From Styela clava (taxonomy: Eukaryota), in NCBI RefSeq assembly GCF_964204865.1, contig NC_135261.1:8742001-8806000 (forward strand): a DNA stretch of 64,000 bases, read 5' to 3'. Positions 53,553-64,000 of the stretch are shown one piece after another. A program made the translations under genes and the position numbers. Positions within the stretch are counted from its first letter, which is position 1. Each line of letters opens with the position of its first letter. The notes below the pieces were generated by a model that worked only from the letters and a program-made list of their open reading frames with translations, searched no databases and was not told the DNA's origin.

Positions 53553-54142
53553 CAGGGGTGTAAGGGAAAATTATGCGGCAAGCGGAGAAGTGCCAATTTT
53601 GAATGGTGCGCGGCCATCTAAACTAGTTTTGAAATTTAGTTGAATCTGGTTCCCTTTGCGTTGCAAAGCTTATATCCGAGTTCAATTAAAATATCTATGC
53701 CTGCGACTGACAGCGAGGCGAACAACGCGATTCACAAAGCTGTCCCTTGCTGAGCAGTAAACAATTCAAGAAAAATACGGAGAATACGCTAATGAATTTG
53801 TAAGAACGGGCAATTGAAGATTAGGCAACTGGAAAGCAGTTTGAAAAAATTTAATATTATATAGATACAAAAGCTAAATGAGCTTTGGTTCCAGCCTATC
53901 AATTGATTTGGTCTAAATCTAATCTAGAATAAGATTTGACAGAAGATTATTTGGAAATGAATCTTACCGAAAACACTAAGATAACTTTCCACATGTTAAA
54001 AAAGCACTTTCCGGTAACATATTTATTTCTAAAATGAGCTATTTTGTGCCTGCAACTAATAGAAAGCTTATGTTAAATGACGGTGCGGTTTCACTCAGGT
54101 ATTGATATTTGGCCCGCCCGCGAAAAAGGTTGCACACCCCTG
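53553..54142. mobile_element. hAT MITE (same family as 9411-9576)
   Basis: CAGGGGTG ... AAGGTTGCACACCCCTG; TSD ACGCAATG / ACGTAGTG; shares AAGTGCCAATTT.GAATGGTG.GCGGC with the 9411 copy. Confidence 0.8.
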
Positions 54143-54420
54143 ACGTAGTGGATTAATTATAAAAATTCTAAAGCATTATATTCTTGAGAAGGCTGATTAT
54201 GAAAATGCGTATTTCGTTACCCACAAAAAGCCTACATTTTGGCTAATTGATCGCGACCACTTTTTTTCTATTTTTAATTTGATTTAGGCTTCGTCCTGAG
54301 TAACAGCAATAAATAGGTTGACACTGAACATAAAGCTCTGTCTGACATTGTCTTCAAACCGTTATTTTCACTCCGAAATTTTCGCTTTGTTTCCGCACGA
54401 AGGCGTTCTTAATCCACGGT

Positions 54421-54710
54421 CCAGGTGGAGGCGATTTTTGGACCAAAGGCCGAAATTTTTCCCCACCTAGACTGGCGGACCATGTAAGTGTGACGTAAAA
54501 ATATTCACAGTGTTACAAAAGCAAAAGTGGAAAACAATAAACCTCGTTCTAAAACTAAATTTAAATCCTAATCCTAACAAATTAATTCGGCTACTTTTAG
54601 CTGGAACATCAAAATTTTGTTTTAGTCTGGTTGTGGCAGCATCACGCGGGCCAGCATGAATTACTCAACGGGCCAGATTTGGCCCGCGGGCCGTAGTTTG
54701 CCCATTTCAG
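54421..54710. mobile_element. Degenerate hAT MITE
   Basis: Characteristic right end GGGCCAGATTTGGCCCGCGGGCCGTAGTTTGCCCA followed by GTCTACAC; left end degenerate. Confidence 0.55.
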
Positions 54711-55438
54711 GTCTACACTCTACAACAGGGACATTTCTGACGGTTGGTTCTAACCCTGCCTCTCTCTTCATTCCATTTTTTTTAACTGAATTTAAATTGA
54801 ATTTAAATTGAAAGTTCATCTGAATTATGTCTTAACATCTGCCGTAGGAAAAGCATTAATTTTGGTAATTGATCGTTTAAAATTTTTTAAACTTTTATGT
54901 TAGGTCGTAATGTCATTTTGCATCATCAAAAATATACAATAGCTAGGGTCAACCTTGCATGTAAACTTGAGATATGAACTGAAGTGAACGGTTATTCAAA
55001 TGACACTATTTAATGACGATCAGGAATCATAATCATCACTATCCCCCTTTTCTATCGACAGCAGTCAGCGTTCATGAAGTGGAATATATTACATAGTTGC
55101 TGTTTTAAGAAGCTGCAGTAATGATACAAACTTTGAAAATTTACAAACGTACAGAGTTTATTGCTAATAGTAAACGTAAAAACTTTCCAATATATTGATT
55201 GCAAACTACCCGAATTAAAAAATCAACCAAGATGATTGGCAGGCAGCAAAATGGTAGAGTGGACTGCTGAGATGTCACACAAACTCAACCTTTACACACA
55301 CTAAAAAATAACATTTGAAAACACCTGTACGCATTCATATAATTTTCTGCTATATATTGTGGAGAATTTATTTTAAGTTGATTCTTTGTCATAAAAGTTT
55401 AAGTCACTTTCTCATTTCAAAGAGCAACCATGGTTTTA

Positions 55439-58400
55439 TCAAGCTCCGTTCTCAGCTAAGTAAGAACAAACAGGATGCCAAATCTGTAATTTTGATCCCG
55501 CTCTGCAACCATACACCGACCCATGCACGATTTCGCAATTCCCTTTTCTTTCTTTTCTAACTTGTTGTCTGACGGTACATCTTGCTAATGTCAATTGATT
55601 TCCACGGGAATCAACGTTTGCAGGCATGGCTCCTGAAACCAAGATACCAAATTCTCAAAAATCAACTTAATCGAGTGGCTGCCCGTTTGGGGCCGTATTT
55701 TAAGTTATCAAAGTTCCCCATAAAAAATTATAAAATGAAAATACCATTCATTAATATAGAATGTGAGAGCATTGTACTAATATATGCCCTGTAGGCTGGC
55801 TACCTGCGGCCATAGCGGCATGATCTTTGACAATACCAGACTTCAGCATCGTTTAGCGGTAAAACAAAATATCAGAAAACGAAGGAGGTGTATAGTAAAA
55901 AGAACAAGAGAGCTATGCTCAAATATATGGACACGTAGCGCCACCCAATGGCAATAATTTTGATGACGTCATAGCGGGGAAAAAAAATAATAGCCTTCTG
56001 GAGAAAAATTTCATCTTTAACCAGTGACAATTTCAAAGCAATTGGTCCAGTATTCGAAGAGAAAAGCGATTTTTTAAAAATGGAGACGGAGACAAATAAC
56101 AATAACAACAAGAGAGCTACGCACAAATATATGGACACGTTAGACCAGAGCGAATCAGTCTTTACCAGTACCTTTGACGCTACCGGTACCCTCAAAAAAG
56201 TTCTGAATTTCCAGTAGCAAGAATTTTGCAGAATCAAAACGTACAGCCAGTCATGACACTGACTAAAATCCGTGTTCCCATGGATAAAAAATAATACAGC
56301 AAAATTTTGGACGAAATATCAAATTTCATAGAATTCACGCAAAATTTTGAAATAAATAAAAGTAATAGCCTTCTAGCGAAGAAATTAATCTTTAACCACT
56401 GAAAATTTCAAAGCAATTGGTCCAGTATTCGAAGAGAAAAGCGATTTTTTAAAAACGTGTCAAAGAACAAGAACAACAACAACAACAACATAATATTGAA
56501 ACGATCGTTATGGCCACTAAACGTGTCCAATAACAAGAGAGCTATGCTCAAATATGTGGACACGTAGCGCCACCCAGTGGCAATAATTGTAATGACGTCA
56601 TAGCAACAACAAAAAAGTAATAGCCTTCTGGAGAAAAATTTTATCTTTAACCACTGAAAATATCAAAGCAATTGGTCCAGTATTCGAAGAGAAAAGCGAT
56701 TTTTTTAAAATGGAGACGGAGACAAATAACAATAACAACAAGAGAGCTATGCTCAAATATATGGACACGTAGCGCCACCCAGTGGCAATAATTTTGATGA
56801 CGTCATAGCGAAAAAAAAAAATAACAACAAAATTTTGAAACGATCGTTATGGCCACTAAACGTGTCCAATAACAACAAAATTTTGAAACGATCGTTATGG
56901 CCACTAAACGTGTCCAACAACAAAATTTTAAAACGATCGTTATGTCCATTTCGTGTCCAATAACATGAAGTATGGATTTCGGTAGAATATGGGAAGACGC
57001 TCAACGTGGGGATGTACAAAAATCAAAGGTCACTGTACTCACCCATCTTCGCCTTCTTTCTTGCTGCTATTCTATCCAGATAAGTTACGTCTTCATATCG
57101 ATGTAGCTTTAACCTTGAACTAAATATTGTATGCCCACATTCTCGATGTCGTGGCCACATTGTCGTGGATTCGTGGTACCTAGGTTTAACGGAAATTGCC
57201 GATGATATTCAGCATTGTATAAATTCAGAATGAAAGATTTGTATCATTTTCACTGGAATAGAAGTTTTTGATCCCATTATGCGTATTACACAAACAAACA
57301 AATTGCCTAATAATTAGAGCAAGATATTGTGGAAGCTAAACTTACCATTTCATAACCTAGGCGTGTTATCTCAAATTTACTTTATCTAAAAGTGCATAGT
57401 ATACATTGTGTATTCACACAGAATGGAGCAAGTTATACAATATTCACTGTGGGCAACATCGCTACGAGAGCATTGGAAATGATAGAAGGACGCCTAGTAT
57501 ACATAGGAAGTGCAACCCCTCAGGAGTTCTCTGCTTAAGCACGTTACATTAATTGGACACGAAATTGCCAAATGGATCATATTTGCTAAAACTATTGTTG
57601 TTAGTCTCGTTGTTGGGGTTAGGGAAATTTTGTGGTGTTTTTCTCCGTAACCAATCGATTTCAACTTTTGGCTAAAGGGCTCAATATCCCACCCAGAATT
57701 TTGCCAATTTCCAGAAACTGCGCCACCACGTGTCATTCAATAATCCTAGTCCACCGGTACGATGGCAAAATTGATTTATACTCAGGGTTGTCCAAAACGA
57801 ATCGAATATTCGAATGTATTCGAATATCAAGGTATTCGAATACCTTTTCGGCTGATTTTCGAATAATTCCGAATAGTAGCCTTTTTTCGCCGTAAACGTG
57901 GTGTTTCGTTTTTTTTTTTTTTCGGGAAGCTTTAAACGACTTTTTAAATCGGCACTTTGAATGTTTATATTCTGTGCGACCGTACGTCGCATAGTGTTGC
58001 GACACATTTGCACGTTTGCGTGGGTGGACATTGCCGACATTCGTGTACGAGGCTTTTAATTTACAAATTCATTTCCATTACGTCGAAAAATTGAGAAAGT
58101 ATGTTTCTTTTATTTCTATGTGGCCTGCTTATTATTCGCATGAGTCTTCTCAAGCATGATTTGTGTAACCTTATATTTGGGTCTTAGGGTCTGCCAATCA
58201 TAATATTTAATCGCAGGATGGTTATCGTTACTTTAAAGAGGAACACGGCCACCAAGATAAAGTGATTTGTGACCCCTTCGTTTTGCCGATTCAGCAAAAC
58301 ACGACAGGGGTAGGAAAACACAGCTGTGAAATAACCCGTGGACGTACAGTGTAGTACTTATCACATTCCAAAATTATTTCAACATTCGGGTTAATAGGTT

Positions 58401-61400
58401 GTCCAAAATGATTGCCGCTTTACAACTTAAATTTACCGCTCAATTGTTAAAAATAGTTAATTCTGTGAGTATGATTCTACCAAACTAACATGATCTGGTT
58501 CTAAACATATAAAATTATTAGCGAATTTTTCTACCCGTCTTATTGGAGGCCTTTATGGAAAAAAACCTTTTTTGAGTGCTAAAAATAGACATCGTCCTAC
58601 TTGCCATGTGGACTTATTAGCCGGGAAATACGGTATTTATAGCCGTAATTGTTACGATATCCAATAAATTGTCACAAGTTGGAAAAACAAGTCGATTTAT
58701 TAGAAAATAATTTCTGGCAAATAATTCTGATAACGATAGTTAAAAGTATCGATCCTTTCCAGGATGATTTTTTGTTGCGCAAAATAATCCAATCCATGAC
58801 TGGTACCAGCATTTAAAATGTCATGCCGTATTAATTTAATTCTGTTCAACGTAACTCATGGTTGTATCGACAATCTGTGGACATAAAATGTGTAGTAAAC
58901 TGACCGATATTATTAAATATTGATTCTTATTTTTATATTGATAAAATAATGAAAGTATTAATGCCAAATACAACGGGTATTTGTGGACATGAAATACGTG
59001 GTAAACTGCCCAATTATAATTAATTTCGGACTCGTGTTTACAAAATAATAAAACTAATAATTCTAAAATGCAACGGCGATCTGTGGCCTTCAAATGTGTG
59101 GTAAACTGCCCGATTTACCGATTTATCGGTCATGGATTTGAATATTTTGCGCAGCACAAAATCATCCTAGTAAAAAGTCCATACTTTTATATACAAACCA
59201 ATGGCAACCATTATACAAATTAGTTCCCAAGAGCGGGATGAAATATAAATTGTTTTTCCGAATTTTTCGTGAGTACGAAAATAAGAATCAAAACTAATTA
59301 TATTCGGCACAATATCACGGCAATCTGTGGACATAAATAGTGTGGCAAACTCGCGATTAATATTAATTTTTGATTCCTATTTTCGTATTTACAAAATACA
59401 AGGCGATCTGTGGACTTACAATGTGTGGTAAACTACCCGATTATAAATAGTTTTTGATTCCTATTTTCATAATTATGAAATAATAAAAGTATTATTACTC
59501 AAACATACAACGGCGATCTGCGGACTTAAAATGTGTGGTAAAGTTCCCAAATATAATTAATTTTTGATTCGTATTTTTGTACTCACGAAAAAATTGTCAC
59601 AAGTCGGAAAAATACCTCATACTTTATCCCGCTTTTCGACAAATAATTTGGATAATGGTTGGTATTTAAAAGTATGGGCGTTTTACTAGGGTGATTTTGT
59701 GTTGCGCAAATATTCAAATCCATCATCGATACCACTATTGTCGTATTAATTTAATTCTGTTAACATGACTCATGGTATATAAAATATATACTGCAATAAT
59801 CTGCAAATATGAAATGCCTGGTAATATAGCTAGGTTGTAACTTGTAGATAGCAGTTATTCCATTGCTTATTGTATGGAAATTCCTTCATACATTTAGATA
59901 AGCTTCAATTAGTGGATTTTATTTTCGAAGTATTCGAAATTTCATATTCGAAAAAAATTATTTCGAATGTATTCGAAATAGTGAACTATTCGGTATTGGC
60001 CATCCCTGTATACTTTTGATATATATGAGATTTATTCAAAATTTGAATGATCAGATAACGGGTTTCTGTGTATATCGCTACTGTGTTTAGTTGACCTCCA
60101 GGTCAATTTGTGCATTGCTCCCTGCTTTTTATTGTCTTCTTTTCAACTTACCTTTTATCGAATACAGCACACATTGCCGTTTGGTCAACATATCTGCAAT
60201 AACCAGTCAGCGCTACAATTTCTCTTGATAAAATCTGGCATGACATTTCTTTCTGAAAGTATATAAAGTATTATCGGATTGTTAGTATTTGTGAAGTAAA
60301 GTTAACAATGTAGCGAGCCGGACTAATTCTTTTGCAAATGCATAGATCTGATTTTATCGGAGAAATCTAGTTCAGCCAGATACAACGATCGGTAAATCAG
60401 GTATTCTTGAAACGAGTTGTAAGTCCGTCAATGGATCTTTAAACAAATTCTGAATACGTCATTTGAATTTTTTTTCAAGGGGAATCTACGTGTTTAGTAC
60501 AATTTCCTTCCCCATTCTGAGCGCACTTTTATATGGAGAATCGAAAAACCAAATAATATTTACACATTAAAGGCACAATTGCAATATAATCTATTAATTA
60601 ATATTAAAAATAACCAAAAATATTTTTTTTAATTTTCACATCTGAAAGTACTGCTTATATATATTAAAACAATCAGCAATATGATAAATACGTGTCCAAC
60701 GAAGTATTACAAGGATTTATATCTAAATTCGGAAAATGAAATTGTTTATTGGATTAATTTTTAATTAAGCCAACGAAACTTCATGAATCATATATTATCA
60801 ATATAAACAAGTCTTTTTAAGCCTATTGTAGAAGAGATTATTTCTAGAAATACATTTGAGGAAAATCAACTAGCATTTTCTAGAGCGAAACGTATTTCTC
60901 TTAAATTACTATAAACGTAAATATAGTTGTTACAGTTTAAAAAATTTCGAAGAGTAGATTTGATTCTGTATTGGACAGATCTTCTTATCTTACGCTGTGA
61001 TTGACATCATAAAATTTTTGATTTAAACAGGCGTTTTGTATATACATGTTTGTGTATAGTTTGATGTTGTATATAAAATTCTGTGTATGTAATGTTGTAA
61101 TCCGATTTAATTATAGATTAAACACTAAATTTTTTGACATGTTATAGTTTGTATAATGGAACTTATAATGGAAATTATTAAAGCCTTAGCTAATTTTTTT
61201 TCCTGTTTTGTAAATCAATTTTATTCAAAACGTGGATTGCCGATCCGCGGATTACATTTTTTGTATTTTTCATAAAACAATGGTTGTTTGTTACGTATAG
61301 GATTGATATAATCGTTTCTATAATATTGAGCCCATCTGGATTTTTTTATTGAAGTTATTTATTAAGTTCACTGAAGATAGCGCCTGTATACATTATGAGC

Positions 61401-62533
61401 TGTAGGTACACTACTTTGTTGCTCAAATTTCTAGAGTGCGGATTCGAAAAACAATGTTAAGAGAAATTTATGAAAAATATCACTACACACCGCCATTTTG
61501 CGATGAGGTTATTCATAAATGTGAGGCATCGTTTATTTTCTATATAATACCAACCACTGAATGTTGATAACAAACCATCATTACCAATATAATCTTGTAA
61601 TGTGTGACGAATGCGGTGTTCCTAAGAGAATTTATATAGGTAGAAACAACCATTTTACGCGTTTTTGTGACATTGGCGGTTTCACTGGAAATAATAAGTG
61701 GCACAATGTGACTCAGATATTCACAGAATTCAGTGGTTCTTAACCTTTTCCACACACGCCATTGTTCTAAGAACGAAGCCAGATGGACTTTCAAAAACGT
61801 TGCGAATGTGAGTTTGAATCACGAAAATCCACTTAAAATCCGGCGATTAAGGATTATAGAAGTGTTATTTCGAATTTGTTTTTGTGGCTATTGTAAGCGT
61901 TGTTTTCTCTGCTAGAAAGTCATCGAAATATTTGAACAAACGAAACTATATAAACGTTTTTAAAGTCTTAATGCTTGGAATCGTGCATTTTCTTGTGTGT
62001 CAGTCATTCGCTCCAAACTAAAATCTAGAGCCTAGCCGAGTATATTTGAGTACTTTGGACATGGTTTCCTACCATAACAAGGAAATCACCTCAAATTTAG
62101 TATCATTCGGACCCAATATGATTGAAATTCCGATTCCGGAACTTTGTGAATTGTAAAATGCCGTCTCCATAGATGGCATAGACGACACAGTTCAAAATTT
62201 TACAGCTCAAGTCAGTTTAAAAATACGATTCTCAACCCCCGAGTGAACAAAACTTTTTAGCATCACGTTGTGTTGTTTAACCTCGCTCTCTGAAATACAA
62301 ACACTTACCTTGCGTTGCGGGCAACCACCCCTTCTTTCGACTTGGTGCCGTTGACGTTGTCGCAGTGCGTTCCAACTGGTCTGATTATAAAACATGCTCA
62401 AACTTTCGGGTATTTCCTCGGGCATTAAACATTCAATATTAGCTTTAGAAGGTACTCCACCGGTAGTTTTCCCAAGCTTCATAAAACTTAGTATAATCAA
62501 CACAAACGCCGTGTGTAATTTGTGTATAATCAT
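55439..62533 (-). CDS. Orphan secreted cysteine-rich prepro-protein, 4 exons, 218 aa (possible degenerate cystine-knot ligand)
   Basis: Minus-strand exons 62533-62309 (225 nt), 60252-60152 (101), 57179-57043 (137), 55632-55439 (194). Donors GTAAGT/GTAAGT/GTGAGT, AG acceptors, phases 0/2/1 all consistent, giving a 657-nt open frame ending TGA. Hydrophobic N-terminus, basic RQRQR...ERR stretch, then 9 Cys. Confidence 0.78.
55903..56961. mobile_element. Head-to-tail array of Helentron/DINE-1-like (HINE) elements
   Basis: Unit head AACAAGAGAGCTA(T/C)GC.CAAATAT.TGGACACG at 55903, 56107, 56532 and 56737; unit tail GAAACGATCGTTATG.CCA.T..CGTGTCCAA at ~56500-56530 and three times in 56822-56961; subterminal inverted TGGACACG/CGTGTCCA. 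Confidence 0.72.
57783..60008. mobile_element. hAT-like composite non-autonomous element with 6-bp TSD
   Basis: CAGGGTTGTCCAA ... TTGGCCATCCCTG flanked by TATACT on both sides; TATTCGAATA subterminal repeats at both ends; internal nested repeats. Confidence 0.75.
58868..59570. repeat. Minisatellite-like array (~80-110 bp unit, ~6 copies) inside the 57783-60008 element
   Basis: Unit CGGCGATCTGTGGAC.T.AAATGTGTGGTAAACT.CCC.AT.ATAATTAATTTTTGATTC at ~58868, 58972, 59073, 59317, 59400 and 59510. Confidence 0.8.
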
Positions 62534-64000
62534 CGTTTTTCTACCTTGCTATAACAGATAAAATGTAACAGATTTTGATGATGTGATGAAGTCTATAAAT
62601 AGAATAATCAATATCTTTAGCTACTACTTAAATTCAGCCAAAGATTCAGTTGAATTGGCCGCCGTTACTTAGACTCCACAAGAACTCGTAACTGTGCTCA
62701 CTAATGTTGATTTTTATCTTTATTTCAACCATTTAGTTTAGAATGGCGGAAGAACTTTCTATATCACTTTAAGGTAAAATATTAATCTGTTCTGGCTCTG
62801 GCGACCACCATTCATTCAGTGTACACTTCATTCATTTTTATAGGTCCCCCTCGTAGATAGCAAATTATATATGTGCAGTGAGAATTTCGCTCGCTCTACA
62901 GGCAGTTTTATGTCATCGCAGGTCGGTATGAGTCAGTTCAAGTATATGGAACTATAACGAGTTTTATTATAAATCCATTCCATAACCAAGCCTATGGATG
63001 ACCGTGATTCGTGATATCATTAGGCCGCCAAATTAAATTCCTTCTCCTCTTGAATATGCATGAGAATTAAAAAATAAATAAAAATTGAAAATAAGACTGA
63101 ATTTGATTTCTCTGAGCTATAATGTTTTAAATATTTGGGAAGGCTAGCTATACCCTAATATAATAGTCAAGACTAAAAGTTGGTGTGAAAACGAGTATTA
63201 ACTGATAATAGCAAGCCTCAACATACTCAAAAAATACTAGATGTCTAAAATACCATAAAACCACGCTAAAAATATCAATATATTGAAAACGACCGGTTCT
63301 TTGCAGTTGGTTCGCCACGCAGAGCATTTGGAGAACAATTGCCATCACACCATTGATGACCCTGCGCGTGTTCCTAGGTTCCAATCTCTTCGGAAATGAT
63401 TTTAAGCAATGAGAATGCTGGGCTCGTTGCCGTTTCTCGTATGTCTAACACCGCGCTAGCTATAAGATTTGGCTATCAACTAACAGTGTAATGTTGTATA
63501 TGTTATTTGAAGGCATTTACGATTTCACCACATCGAACTACCCGTCTAACATTGCTTTTTGAACTAGATTTTCACTATACATAGCCCTCCTTACCTTATT
63601 GTCAACATCTCCAACCTGAGAAGCATTGACACGAACTTCAAAAAGCTCATGACTTCTATTATAACGGTTCGCGCATGAAGTGACTGTGTATAAGTATGAA
63701 CCTCATTTTTTCTCAAGCGATATCCGTTGTTGTCGTGTACTTCCAGCTACGTCAAACGCTATCTGTGTATATTGATGAACTTAATTTTTTCTCGGACGAT
63801 AGGCTATCCGTTGTTATCGTGTACTTTTGAATACGTCACATGTTACATGCTGTCTTTAGAAGAAGGGACATAATACGTGAATGAACTCCCTATTGAATGT
63901 CGTAGTTTACCTAGTGACTTACGTGCGATTTCTCTCATCGGTATATGTAATATTCAGAATATCTGTGATCCCAAATTGTATTAGTTTTTCATGAAATATA

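Noticed and set aside
57494-57736. 80-aa minus-strand ORF as an exon of the orphan gene
   Set aside because: It overlaps a HINE-like repeat fragment (TTTCGTGTCCAAT end), has a stop immediately upstream and lacks a good acceptor. Exon 57179-57043 fits the phase instead.
58868-59570. CRISPR-like repeat/spacer appearance
   Set aside because: Eukaryotic context, degenerate repeats, related rather than unique spacers, and no cas genes. It is a TE-internal minisatellite.
61540-61915. Overlapping 60-84 aa ORFs in intron 1 of the orphan gene
   Set aside because: Candidate acceptors near 61911 lead to early stops, no recognisable motifs are present, and exon 1 splices in phase to 60252.
62207-62533. 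Calling the orphan gene IL-17 from exon 1 alone
   Set aside because: The assembled protein lacks the IL-17 hallmarks (RSxSPW, R.P..I..A.C.C, terminal GCTC).
63148-63384. 78-aa minus-strand ORF
   Set aside because: It starts inside a SINE fragment and has no recognisable domain or splice support.

Overview
AT-rich, intron-rich animal genomic DNA. The gene set, intron style and repeats suggest an invertebrate deuterostome such as an ascidian, but that is inference. Five protein-coding genes could be assembled by hand from GT-AG splice sites with consistent reading phase. (1) A GALNT7-like polypeptide GalNAc-transferase (+, 13 exons, 5323-15230; the 5' transmembrane exon was not found and probably lies upstream). 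(2) An MFSD5-like molybdate-anion transporter (+, 8 exons, 19402-~24326). (3) A complete integrin beta subunit (+, 18 exons, 30035-48578, 791 aa). (4) An intronless aminoacylase-1-like M20 gene (+, 52045-53331) in which both ligands unique to the second Zn site are substituted. (5) A four-exon orphan gene (-, 62533-55439) that the ORF track shows only in fragments; it encodes a 218-aa secreted Cys-rich prepro-protein with a possible degenerate cystine-knot. Introns and intergenic DNA are packed with non-autonomous elements: hAT MITEs with nnnTAnnn TSDs, Tc1/mariner-pogo MITEs, a piggyBac-type MITE, a 2.2-kb hAT-like element with a 6-bp TSD, Helentron/DINE-1-like elements including a head-to-tail array carrying CTCF-like and CRE motifs, a tRNA-like SINE family and a palindromic TTAGGG/YY1-motif MITE family. 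No transposase ORF, rRNA, CRISPR array or convincing tRNA was seen.
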